The translations under genes were made by a program, and so were the position numbers. From NCBI GenBank assembly GCA_020184695.1, contig JAANOX010000141.1, positions 1-28,312 of the forward strand: a stretch of DNA of 28,312 nt. The letters run 5' to 3'. This stretch comes from Histomonas meleagridis 2922-C6/04-290x (Eukaryota; Protista; Parabasalia). The notes under the pieces are model-generated. The model was not told where the DNA came from. It saw only the letters and a list, made by a program, of their open reading frames with translations, and made no database searches. Shown here piece after piece: positions 1 through 9,755 of the stretch (positions are counted from its first letter, which is position 1; the number at the start of each line of letters is the position of its first letter).

Positions 1-2
1 TA

Positions 3-204
3 GAACCATCAATATCTGACCTAGACGATGATCATAAAGACAATTAAGATTTACTTGATCTCTGAAACAATGCAAATTCTGCGTTCCATGATCTGACAAG
101 CTAAAGTGTCTCATCTGATCAGCAAACCAAGGATGAATTTGTAAATATATTTATTTTATGTGAAACTTGCATCATGACTACAATACCTTTTTCATATTGT
201 AATA
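3..204 (+). pseudogene. Possible decayed ORF remnant (3' part of a gene entering from outside the window)
   Basis: Frame 3 reads EPSISDLDDDHKDN*DLLDL*NNANSAFHDLTS*SVSSDQQTKDEF..., protein-like but broken by stops at 45, 63 and 102. No family recognised. Confidence 0.25.
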
Positions 205-344
205 CACTAATAAATTATTTTTTTAATACAAATAAAAATCTTTTAAGGTATTAATGATTATTTAATATTTGTTTATTGAATTTTTGCAAAATGTTGATTT
301 TTTAATTTTCATTTGAGCCTTATTTTTGATGAAACAAAAAAATG

Positions 345-900
345 CGTTGTGTATTAGGCATTTTATTCTTGGGTAATAATATGTTTATTAAAATTTATTT
401 GAAGTATTTTTGAGAGTTGAGGTAATACAGACTTAGTTTCTTTTCCCTGAAAGCGTGCTTCTAGCGCTTCCTCTCCTTGTTGGAGTATGTCTGAATTAAC
501 TTCTTCATTCAGAACAGAAATAACATTTTATCCAAGTGATTCTAAGTAACTGCCGCAGCTGCAAGTGCCATTGAACAAGTTCGGGGTTGTCTGGAAGTGT
601 TCTAAGAAATTTTTCGAATGCAGCATCGGTTTCATCATTCATAGTTCCCGTGTGCACAAAAGAACAGCTGCTCTCATTTTGTCTCTTACTTTTTGATATT
701 CAGGATCTTTTTTCCACTTTTAGAAAGTATAGCTAAATCTTTCAGTGATAACTCAGTTTGATTTGATATTCAAACGATTGTTTGCATTGTCGCTGTAAAA
801 CCTCAATCCAAAAAATTTTGGGACAACTGGTAAGTATGTGGCTTTCTTAGTTATAGTTCTTTGTTCTGTTTATCAGAACTAATAATTCTTTTTTAACCTG
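345..900 (-). pseudogene. Frameshifted/nonsense-disrupted gene remnant of unknown family
   Basis: Minus-strand segments in different frames read as one helical protein: ...ELSLKDLAILS / KWKKDPEYQKVRDKMRAAVL / FVHTGTMNDETDAAFEKFLRTLPDNPELVQ / MALAAAAVT* / SVLNEEVNSDILQQGEEALEARFQGKETKSVLPQLSKILQ. GC is visibly higher than in the flanking poly-AT spacer. Confidence 0.45.
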
Positions 901-962
901 ATTTTAATTTAATCATGAAATTTCTAAAATTTCATTGAATACGTGTATCTTCGAACTAAAGA

Positions 963-2267
963 TTGATCTTCAAGGAAAAGATTGTGAAAAAGAATGGAGA
1001 GCAGTGCGCTGTTAACGTTGATACCACTCATGGAATTTTTGTATGTACAAATTGCAGTGGAATTCATCGTGAGTTTGGAGACCGAATTAAAAGCGTTTCG
1101 ATGGCAGCTTTTACGCAAGATGAAATTAGCCTTCTTCAAAAGCAAACTAACGAAGACTTCAATAAAATTTGGATGGCTAAGTGGAAGCCTGAGGATTGTC
1201 CACTTCCTCTTAACGCAGATGACAACAGACGTCGTGCATTTTTAACTGCTAAGTATCAAGAAAAGAGATGGTATTCAAAGCGAGCTGCAAGCCAACAAAA
1301 TAGTTCTCAACAGCAACAGCAATCACAAGGACATTCAGGAAGGCATCAAGGAGGTTTCCAGCAACAACAAAATCAAGGAGATTTCAATGGCGGATTTTCA
1401 AATCAAAATCAACAACCACAACAACAACAAAATCAATCAGGTGGATGGTCACCATTTGGAAATCAACAACAACAACAGCCACAACAGCAACAACAAGGTG
1501 GAGGTGGTGATTTACTCGATTTTGATTTCGGACCACCAACTCCTGCTCAAGAAAAAGCACAACAACAACAGTCACAACACCAAAGCCTTCTTGATCTTAT
1601 TGGTCTCATGGATGAACCTCAACAACCAAATCCAAATATGCGCCAACAAGGATTTGGTAACCAAGGAGGATTTGGAAACCAAGGGTTCGGCAATCAGAAC
1701 CAAGGATTCGGTAACCAGGGAGGATTTGGTGGCCAAAATCAAGGATTTGGTCAGCAACCAAATCAGGGATTCGGAAACCAGAATCAAGGATTTGGTCAGC
1801 CAAACCAAGGATATGGAAACCAGAACCAGGGATTTGGTAACCAGGGAGGATTTGGTGGCCAGAATCAAGGATATAACCAACAACAGAACAGAGGATTCGG
1901 TAACCAAGGAGGATTCGGTCAACAACAGAACCAAGGATTCGGCGGTCAGAACCAGGGATTTGGTAATCAGAACCAAGGATTTGGACAACCAAATAATCAA
2001 GGATTTGGTAACCAAAATCAAGGGTTCGGGCAGAACCAGGGATTCGGTAATCAGAACCAAGGATTTGGACAACCCAGAAATCAAGGATTTGGTAATCAGA
2101 ATCAAGGATTTGGACAAAACCAAAACCAAGGATTTGGACAACCATCAAACCAAGGATTTGGTAATCAAAATCAAGGATTTGGACAACCATCAAATCAAGG
2201 ATTTGGTAACCAAAACCAAAATCGCCAGCAGCCACAGAACAATGACTTCTTTGGTCTTGGCTTCTAG
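963..2267 (+). CDS. ArfGAP-domain protein with Q/N-rich GFG-repeat tail (AGFG/Hrb-like); 5' end disrupted, possibly a pseudogene
   Basis: GIFVCTNCSGIHREFGDRIKSVSM...W...IWMAKW...RAFLTAKYQEKRW is the second zinc knuckle, the arginine finger and the helical part of ArfGAP. It is followed by Q-rich linkers, DLLDFDF and SLLDLIG clathrin-box-like motifs, about 26 GFG repeats and a terminal DFFGLGF. The ORF-track start is TTG, the first in-frame ATG is at 1101, and the first CxxC is incomplete. Confidence 0.8.
   Translation: MIFKEKIVKKNGEQCAVNVDTTHGIFVCTNCSGIHREFGDRIKSVSMAAFTQDEISLLQKQTNEDFNKIWMAKWKPEDCPLPLNADDNRRRAFLTAKYQEKRWYSKRAASQQNSSQQQQQSQGHSGRHQGGFQQQQNQGDFNGGFSNQNQQPQQQQNQSGGWSPFGNQQQQQPQQQQQGGGGDLLDFDFGPPTPAQEKAQQQQSQHQSLLDLIGLMDEPQQPNPNMRQQGFGNQGGFGNQGFGNQNQGFGNQGGFGGQNQGFGQQPNQGFGNQNQGFGQPNQGYGNQNQGFGNQGGFGGQNQGYNQQQNRGFGNQGGFGQQQNQGFGGQNQGFGNQNQGFGQPNNQGFGNQNQGFGQNQGFGNQNQGFGQPRNQGFGNQNQGFGQNQNQGFGQPSNQGFGNQNQGFGQPSNQGFGNQNQNRQQPQNNDFFGLGF
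1650..2210 (+). repeat. Coding low-complexity repeat, (N)QGFG x about 26 (FG-repeat/prion-like domain)
   Basis: Repeated caaggatttggt/ggattcggt units encode NQGFG, with higher-order units such as NQNQGFGQPSNQGFG. Confidence 0.95.
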
Positions 2268-3852
2268 TTATTAGAGGGACCTAAACCAAAATGAACTAAT
2301 TTTTTTTTATTTAGCAGTGCATTTGGCTGCTAACTTTTTCAATGAGATACACACAATTTATAACGGTTGGATATTCTTTGATTTACAATGGAAAGTGTGA
2401 TTTTATTTCAATTTTCTGAACTTATTTGGCTGTGCATGTGCTTGGTTTTCGGTTGCTAACTTTTTCAATGAAAAAACGCGTTTTGTTTCCTTCTTCTTCA
2501 TCTTCAATATGTTTTATTTCTTGATAATATTTCAAAAGACAATTTGAAATGATTTTTGCGTGCTAATTTGCAATTTTAGCCATTACAAAGAAAAATGAAA
2601 TTTTTAAAAATTTACATATGTGACAAAAGAATTATAATGCCCCTTCCAATCATGCAAATACTTTGGTTACAAACAATATTATTTTCTTTGATAATTCTTT
2701 GAAAGACTTTATCTTGAAGAAAAACAAATTAACTTCTGTTCACCAAACATTTCTATTTCATTTCTTTTTAAGACTTTTTACAATTTTTATTGCAATTTAA
2801 ACTTTAGTTCACAAAAGATGTTTTATAATTTTGAACAAACAACCAAATATTTTTCTTTCTTTTCACATTTGCTAATTATTTTTAATTCTTTAATAACATT
2901 TTCCAATTTATGTTCTTGTGTAAATTTATTGATTTATATATTTTTTATTAAAATGTTTTGTTTACAAGAAAAAGCGGATGTTAAATTTATTTTTTTTTGT
3001 TATTTATTTTCTTTTTTTCGCATTCGAAACAAACTTTTAATGATGAAACATTAAAGAAGATAATTTTGTTCACATATAATGTAAAAGTATTTATTGAATA
3101 AAGCTTAAAATTATTTTTGTTGTTTCTTAAATTTGAAACATTTGCTTCATTACAAGCAAAAGCAAATCAATCGTTAAATTTACCTTTAAGATTGAGATTC
3201 AATAATACTTTTGATAAAGAATGTTTTATTGATAAAATAATTGCATTTAAATACTTGAAATTGTTTCATCCAATTTTTCATTAATAAAGGCTTATATATT
3301 CGAAATTGTGATAAATAATATAAAGTTGGCTATTCAATGAACAGCTGTTCTAAAGCTTTAGTTTTGATCATTTCCTTAATTGCGATTATCGTATTAGATT
3401 TTGGTCATTAAATGCCAAAAAAGAAACAAATCATAATTTCCACACTTAAATGAATTGAACTTTCAAAGAATGATCAAGAACTTCATACATAAAAAAAATA
3501 ATTACATTCTGTACAGATATATACTCCATATGAAATTTAAAAAGCAATAAAAAATGTGAAATAGAAAGACTTTTACCAAAATTTGGGAAAATGTCAAAAC
3601 AGTCAAAAACTCATCAGTACGAAAAGGAATTAATGATAATGAAACAAATATTTCTTTTAATAATTTGAAATCTAATTTTAATGTTTCTATATATATATTA
3701 ATAATCAACAATATTTTCTTTTGATAATATGATATACCATTTCATTATGGAGCCAAAATTTTCAAATATATTTCATTTGTGTTAGCAAAAATGTGATAAA
3801 ATATTTAAAAATAATAATATTATTAATAAATCAGTTTATTTAAAACATAAAT

Positions 3853-6800
3853 TTAAAAATCATCTGAAACATCTTCTGCGACATCATCAGGAATTTCATT
3901 ATCATTTTCATTATTTTTATTAATATTTTTATTCACGTTATAATTTTTTCCAGCCATTTCATAAATTTCTTGAATTGTTTCTATTTCGATATAATTTTCG
4001 ACATTTATATTATTTGAAATCATTTTATCGATTAAGTTCGAAGCCTTTAAATAATTTCCAACTGAAACAAATACTTTAATTAAAACAACATAAATATCAT
4101 CAATTCGAAGAATTTCTTCAATGTCTTTAATTTTAAGTAATTCATTACATAATATTTTTGATTTATTTGGGTCATTTTCGATATATGAAATTGCGTTTTG
4201 AAGGTTTTCAATACAATTAATTTGAAATGAAATTTTTTCGTATAAATTATTTTTATTATTAAATTCAAATTTATTAATAAATTGATATGACAGTTTTAAT
4301 AGTTTAAGTGATTTAGTATAATCGCCATTTGTTTGAATAATTTTATTCGAAATTTTAATAAGGAATTTGCAGATTTTATTATACGAATGAGTGCGACGAT
4401 AAAAATCAATACAAATTCTGAAAAGTGGACTTCTATCGTTTTCGCATTGTTTCGAAAGATATTTAACTGAAATTTCATAAATTTCATTTCGATTAATACT
4501 TAAAGCGAAACGAATAATTTTATCATTATCCTTAGAATCAATAATATTTTGAATTGCCGCTTTATAATCTTGTAAATAAATATAAATTTTAGCAGCTTCT
4601 AAATACGAATTTTGTTGATTTAAAAGTTTTGCAGATTGAACAATAATATTTTTATCATCGAAAGACTTAAAATTCGAAATGATATAATTAATACAATCAT
4701 TAGGTAATTGAATATTATATTTTGCGCAAATTTTATACGAAATTTTTATCTCATTTGAATATATATAAAATATAGAAGAAAGTTGATATTTACCAATATC
4801 ATAAAGTAATTTTCCGCATTTTTTTAGAAGATTTTTATCCGCTTTATTAATATTATTTAATGAAATATTTTCAAGGAATTCAATCGAATTAGAATTAATA
4901 CATAATAAAAGTGTTTTATTAATTCGACCACTTCTTGAATATAAAATAGATGCTAAATTAATATCACCTTTAATTTCATATTCATGAGCAGCTTTCGATA
5001 TTAAAACTTTTGGAGCTTTAAATGATAATGATAAAATATAATCTTTTTCATTAAATTTTACTGATAATTCAAACGCTGTACCAATTTGTTTCGTTTGTAA
5101 GAATAAATCAATAATTTTTCGTTGTTGAACTTTAAGAACATTTTCATCTTTAATGCTATTTAAATGTAATAAAAGTAATCTCGAATAATAACATAAAAGA
5201 TTTCGATTATTATTTTTCGATATATATTTATAAGCTTCTTCATAACGATTTAATATACAAAGAAGGCGAACAATTTCATGATTATTACCACTAAAATTAA
5301 AATGATTTAATGCAAGTTCATAATTTTTATGATATTCATAATAACGCCCAAACCATTGATGGATTATTAAATTATTTGGAAAAATTCGATTATATTGAAA
5401 GAAATTTTGAAGATTACTATTATGAAGTGTTATACGTAAAAGTTCTCTATCAAGAAAACCACTATTTAAATAATGTTTAAATGATTCTTCAAATTGATGA
5501 TTAAACTCATAATAAATTCCTAAAATATATTCATTGTTATTGTTAAAAAGTTTATTATTAAATTTATAAAAATCTAAATTATTAAAATCTTCTTTTTGAT
5601 GTATATCATTTAGAAATGAAATTTGATTCTTATTTGTTGTGTTATTATTAAAATTAAATTCATTGTTTAATTTATCAAAAAGAATTTTTGTGATTTCAAT
5701 TTCTTTATTATTTAAACAAAATATTACACTTTTATGTAAATAATTCAAATCGTCAATACTTGAAATTAATTCTTGAATTTTATCTTGATAATTAAATATT
5801 TTATAAAATAATAGTTCTATTAACATACGTTTTAAAGTAATATTAATTCCATCAATTATTTTAAATTGAGATATGAAAATTGTTGAAACAATTCCTTTAA
5901 TTGAATATATTGAAGAATTAATATTATTATAAAAGTAATAAATTCGAGGAGTTTCAACACGAAATATTGTACGTTCTTGATCGAACATAATTTTATTAAA
6001 CAAATAATTATTAAGATTTATATCTATAAAATATAAATAAATATGATTTTGACTTTGAATACAAAGAATTCGATTTGAAATTATATCCCAAAATTGGAAA
6101 ATTGGAATTTCATTTTCTTCAGGAAGTTTAATTTTATTCATTTTATTATTTTGTGGTGAATAAAGATATAAATATTTCGAGTTATTCCATGAATAATTTT
6201 TATAAACATCAATTAGAATACTAACGCAATATCCTCCTCTATTAATTGATATATTACGAATCCGATAAACTTTAGATTTATTAAATGATATTGTGTTAGA
6301 ATTTAGAAAGTTCGGAATTCTTCGACTAATATCATAAAGTTGGAAACAAATATTTTCTTCATTTTGACTAAAAATACAAAAATATTTACCGTTAAGTGAT
6401 ATTTGTATTATATTTCCTGGGATTTCAATTGTTTTATTTTGTTTTATTTCGCCTTGAAGTGTATATATATATAATATATTATTTTTAATACAATAAATGT
6501 TTTCACCTAAAATTTCAATAAGTAAACTTTCAGTATTTATTTCATTAATTTGCTGGAAATTTTTATATGTTATATTATATATTAACGTTTTATAATGTGT
6601 TATAATTAATAAATGTGAACCAGATAAACAAATTCGTTCAATGTTAAATGGAAAACGCTTACGAATTTGATTACTAATTAATAAACTATGTGAATCATTT
6701 TGAAATATAAAGATTTCTTTGTTAAATTGACATCGATAAATAGGTAAATTACAAAGATGATATTTACTATCTTCATCAATTAATATTGAAATTGGTATTA

Positions 6801-7791
6801 AACTCGAAAAAATACATTTTTTGGTTGATATATTTGAACTAAAATGTCGGAAATTGATAATTTTTTGTCTTTTGAAATCAATATAATGTAAATAAACATT
6901 TCCATTGTTTGTAATTGTCATGATTTCTTGTTGAAGCTGATAATATTGTAATCCAATGATATTTTCTTGTTTAGCAAATTCGAAGTTAATATAATTATCA
7001 CCTTTTAATGTGCTAATAATAATTCGATTTTTTTGATAATATAATAAATACTTTTGATTTATATGTTGAAAAAAATGATTTTCACCTTTTTCAAGTTGAA
7101 TTTGTTGTTTTTCTTCGAAATTAATTTCATTTTCTTTTGAGTATTCGAATTTATATTTATGTAAAATATTATAGTTATTAATTAAAATGAAATTATTTGA
7201 TTTTGATTTAAATGTAAAATAATTGATTGGTGTTGAAATTTGCTTTGTAGAAATTTGTTGTATGTTATAATTGTTTTCATTTTCATTATCAATTAATAAT
7301 AAAAAAATGTTTCCATCTTTTGTAATGAGAAGTGAATTTAATGTTGAATCATTTAAAAATGTCAAAAAATCAACTTGAAGATTACTGTCGATGTTATATT
7401 TCATTTTAACTTCATTCTGTTGAAATTCCCAATATATAATTTTACCGGTACGTGAAGTCGTAATTGAAATTGGTAATATAGAATGCCATGAAATATGCAC
7501 AATAGATGATTTTTCAATTGGGGTTCCATGATAAACTTGAGAATTATAAAAAATTGAAAATGTTCCATCACTCCATCCAATTCCTAAATAGTCTCGATAA
7601 TTTGACCAACAAATACTCGTACTTCGTTGCTTACGTGATATACGGTCTTGGGATAGTTCAATTCCATTAGGATGAAGAAAATGAACTCGAAAATCATTAC
7701 CGATTACTGCACAAATTTCTTTATAATTTGACCATGAAGCTGAAACAATTGTGGTGAATTTTGGTCGAACTGAAAGTGCGGGGTTTGTCAT
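3853..7791 (-). CDS. IFT140: Intraflagellar transport complex A subunit IFT140 (WD40 + TPR), highly divergent
   Basis: 1312-aa ATG-to-TAA ORF. N-terminal WD40 blades (STSICWSNYRDYLGIGWSDGTFSIF resembles IFT140 SLCWHP...LAVGWETG). TPR region QWFGRYYEYHKNYELALNHF...EIVRLLC resembles WWAQYLES...AALHYY...SLVRIHC. C-terminal RIDDIYVVLI...NYLKASNLIDKM...YIEIETIQEI resembles RIGDVYGFLV...EYQTAYRFLEEM. Confidence 0.85.
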   Translation of the reverse strand: MTNPALSVRPKFTTIVSASWSNYKEICAVIGNDFRVHFLHPNGIELSQDRISRKQRSTSICWSNYRDYLGIGWSDGTFSIFYNSQVYHGTPIEKSSIVHISWHSILPISITTSRTGKIIYWEFQQNEVKMKYNIDSNLQVDFLTFLNDSTLNSLLITKDGNIFLLLIDNENENNYNIQQISTKQISTPINYFTFKSKSNNFILINNYNILHKYKFEYSKENEINFEEKQQIQLEKGENHFFQHINQKYLLYYQKNRIIISTLKGDNYINFEFAKQENIIGLQYYQLQQEIMTITNNGNVYLHYIDFKRQKIINFRHFSSNISTKKCIFSSLIPISILIDEDSKYHLCNLPIYRCQFNKEIFIFQNDSHSLLISNQIRKRFPFNIERICLSGSHLLIITHYKTLIYNITYKNFQQINEINTESLLIEILGENIYCIKNNILYIYTLQGEIKQNKTIEIPGNIIQISLNGKYFCIFSQNEENICFQLYDISRRIPNFLNSNTISFNKSKVYRIRNISINRGGYCVSILIDVYKNYSWNNSKYLYLYSPQNNKMNKIKLPEENEIPIFQFWDIISNRILCIQSQNHIYLYFIDINLNNYLFNKIMFDQERTIFRVETPRIYYFYNNINSSIYSIKGIVSTIFISQFKIIDGINITLKRMLIELLFYKIFNYQDKIQELISSIDDLNYLHKSVIFCLNNKEIEITKILFDKLNNEFNFNNNTTNKNQISFLNDIHQKEDFNNLDFYKFNNKLFNNNNEYILGIYYEFNHQFEESFKHYLNSGFLDRELLRITLHNSNLQNFFQYNRIFPNNLIIHQWFGRYYEYHKNYELALNHFNFSGNNHEIVRLLCILNRYEEAYKYISKNNNRNLLCYYSRLLLLHLNSIKDENVLKVQQRKIIDLFLQTKQIGTAFELSVKFNEKDYILSLSFKAPKVLISKAAHEYEIKGDINLASILYSRSGRINKTLLLCINSNSIEFLENISLNNINKADKNLLKKCGKLLYDIGKYQLSSIFYIYSNEIKISYKICAKYNIQLPNDCINYIISNFKSFDDKNIIVQSAKLLNQQNSYLEAAKIYIYLQDYKAAIQNIIDSKDNDKIIRFALSINRNEIYEISVKYLSKQCENDRSPLFRICIDFYRRTHSYNKICKFLIKISNKIIQTNGDYTKSLKLLKLSYQFINKFEFNNKNNLYEKISFQINCIENLQNAISYIENDPNKSKILCNELLKIKDIEEILRIDDIYVVLIKVFVSVGNYLKASNLIDKMISNNINVENYIEIETIQEIYEMAGKNYNVNKNINKNNENDNEIPDDVAEDVSDDF

Positions 7792-7853
7792 TTCTTTTGA
7801 TGATTTTCTGTTTTCTTGTGTTTAAAAAAAATTTAAACGTTCATGAAAATATT

Positions 7854-7863
7854 TCATATCACA
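7854..7863 (+). promoter_or_regulatory. Trichomonad-type initiator (Inr) motifs within an 89-bp divergent promoter
   Basis: TCATA (7854) and TCACA (7859) match TCAYW and lie 18-27 nt before ATG 7881. The IFT140 ATG points the other way at 7791. Confidence 0.45.
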
Positions 7864-7880
7864 TTTCCCAAATTTCTCAA

Positions 7881-8990
7881 ATGAATTTCATTAAAAAAAT
7901 TGATTTTTACCCAAAATATTTAGAAGAATTTAATGAAAAAACAACAAATGGAGGAATACTAAGCATTATTACTTTTATATTTATATTTATTTTATTTTTC
8001 CTTAGTTTTGATTCTTATCTCAAATCTTTATCAAAACAAAATTTCATAGTTGAAGAAACAAAACTTCCATTTACTGAAAATCATGTCTTTGATCCTAACA
8101 GAATTCCAATGTTTAAAATTAATTTTGATTTATTTTTTTATAACATTGGTTGTTCATTTCTTCAAATCAAGTTAATTAATAATTATAAAGAGGTCGAAGA
8201 TGTTTATGACAGTCATATTCATACAGAACGTTATTCACGATTAACTAATCAATTAATATCCAAGAAATCATATCCCAAAAACTCGCATAATATCAATAAT
8301 AATTATTGTGGTTCATGTTATTCTATGCGATCAGGTTGTTGTAATACATGTGAAGAAGTTCTTCAAGCATTTAAATCCAAAAATCGACTTCTTCCACCAA
8401 TAATAACTATTGATCAATGTTCAAGCAAAGACTTTGAGCAAGAAATATATTCAATGTTAAATGAATCATGTCGAATATATGGTAATTTTTCTGTTTTACG
8501 ACATCCAAGTACATTTTACGTTACAATTGGCGATGATCAAGATGAAACACATTTTTCAAGTTATTCCAAATTTGGAATTAACATAAATGAATTTAACTTT
8601 TCACATCAAATTAAACATTTTAGTATTGGCGATACAACAAAAGATGATCATTTCCCACTTGATGGGTATAAAGATATTCAAACAAGCATTGGTCGTATGA
8701 AGAAATATTATTATATTCGTTCGATTGGAAGAGATCTTGAAGGGAAAAAATTTAGTATCTTTAGTACACAATTCCAAAAATTTTATAAAAATGAAAGTAG
8801 AAAATACCCTGGCGTGTACTTCGCTTATGATATTTCTCCTATTTTGGTGGTTGATACAAAAAATAAAAATTTAACAAAGTTTCTCGTAGATGTTTCATCA
8901 ATTCTTGGCGGTGTATTCGCAATTTTTACCTTCATAGATATGATAGCATACCGTCTTTCACAAGAGGAATCACTTACTAATACAGATTAA
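7881..8990 (+). CDS. ERGIC3: ER-Golgi intermediate compartment protein, ERGIC3/Erv46 family
   Basis: The true start is most likely ATG 7881 (MNFIKKIDFYPK...KTTNGGILSIITF, the family N-terminus plus TM1). It has the Cys-rich YCGSCY...CCNTCEEVLQAF motif typical of Erv46/ERGIC3, ESCRIYGNFSV, FNFSHQIKHFSIG, PGVYFAYDISPI and TM2 (SILGGVFAIFTFID). 369 aa. Confidence 0.9.
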   Translation: MNFIKKIDFYPKYLEEFNEKTTNGGILSIITFIFIFILFFLSFDSYLKSLSKQNFIVEETKLPFTENHVFDPNRIPMFKINFDLFFYNIGCSFLQIKLINNYKEVEDVYDSHIHTERYSRLTNQLISKKSYPKNSHNINNNYCGSCYSMRSGCCNTCEEVLQAFKSKNRLLPPIITIDQCSSKDFEQEIYSMLNESCRIYGNFSVLRHPSTFYVTIGDDQDETHFSSYSKFGININEFNFSHQIKHFSIGDTTKDDHFPLDGYKDIQTSIGRMKKYYYIRSIGRDLEGKKFSIFSTQFQKFYKNESRKYPGVYFAYDISPILVVDTKNKNLTKFLVDVSSILGGVFAIFTFIDMIAYRLSQEESLTNTD

Positions 8991-9227
8991 AATATATGTA
9001 AATAATAAATGTTTTTTATTAATTTTGTTTATTATAAATAATTTTTTAAAAAATATATTTTTATAAATTACATCTCTTTTTTTTATGGTTGTTTCTGCCT
9101 CCTATTTCATCTTTACGCATTGCTTTTAAAATTCTTAGATCTCATAGATCAAATGAATAAAACAATCAAGGCATGGAAATTGACTAGGTTTGGCTGTAAT
9201 TTAACTTAACGTTCATCCAAAATTACC

Positions 9228-9602
9228 ATGTCTCAACCTGCAAACATTCTCGAATCTATGAAGCAATTACTTCATCAAATGGAAATAACTGACTACGAGC
9301 CTGCTGTGCCTCACATGCTTGTGGAATTATTCTATAGACACGTAACAGATGTTCTCAAAGAAGCTCAACGTTCCTGCGAAGCTAGAAGAGATAAAGAGAT
9401 TAACGAAGATGATTTGAGACTGGCAATACAGGTTGTTCTTCAGCAATCTCTCCTACAAACAATTCCATTGGAAAGTATGCAAAAAATTGCAAGAAAAATT
9501 AATGAACAGCCTTTACCTGATGTGCCAGATATCCCAGAAGTAGTTCTTCCAAATGATGAAACATCTCTACTTCAGCCAAACTTCCAAGTATCACGCAATT
9601 AA
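9228..9602 (+). CDS. TAF9: TFIID subunit TAF9 (histone fold)
   Basis: LLHQMEITDYEPAVPHMLVELFYRHVTDVLKEAQ...INEDDLRLAIQ...IARKINEQPLP...LP...LLQPNFQV aligns end to end with TAF9 (MGITEYEPRV...DDVRLAIQ...RNQTPLP...LTAPNYRL). Confidence 0.92.
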   Translation: MSQPANILESMKQLLHQMEITDYEPAVPHMLVELFYRHVTDVLKEAQRSCEARRDKEINEDDLRLAIQVVLQQSLLQTIPLESMQKIARKINEQPLPDVPDIPEVVLPNDETSLLQPNFQVSRN

Positions 9603-9755
9603 TTTTTATCTACTTTTCATTCACTAACAATAAACATCAACAATTGTTACTTTCGTGTTTTTTTTGGTGTTATATGTATTTAATCATTATTCCTTTGGAT
9701 AAATAAAATTTTTGTTCGTTTTTTAAAATTAACGTTTTTTTGAACACCAATTAAA

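Noticed and set aside
1384-2274. Overlapping ORFs 1384-1575(-), 1387-2274(+), 1572-2141(-), 1606-2235(-)
   Set aside because: They are shadow frames of the GFG/Q repeat, which lacks stops in alternative frames; the translations are just the repeat in other registers.
2818-3711. Short ORFs 2818-3054(+) and 3502-3711(-)
   Set aside because: F/L/I/K-rich translations typical of random AT-rich DNA, with no motifs. Weak remnant-like frames near 3450-3640 were too poor to call.
7761-7880. ORF-track N-terminal extension of ERGIC3 overlapping the IFT140 start
   Set aside because: It starts at TTG; the family N-terminus begins at ATG 7881 and Inr motifs lie inside the extension.
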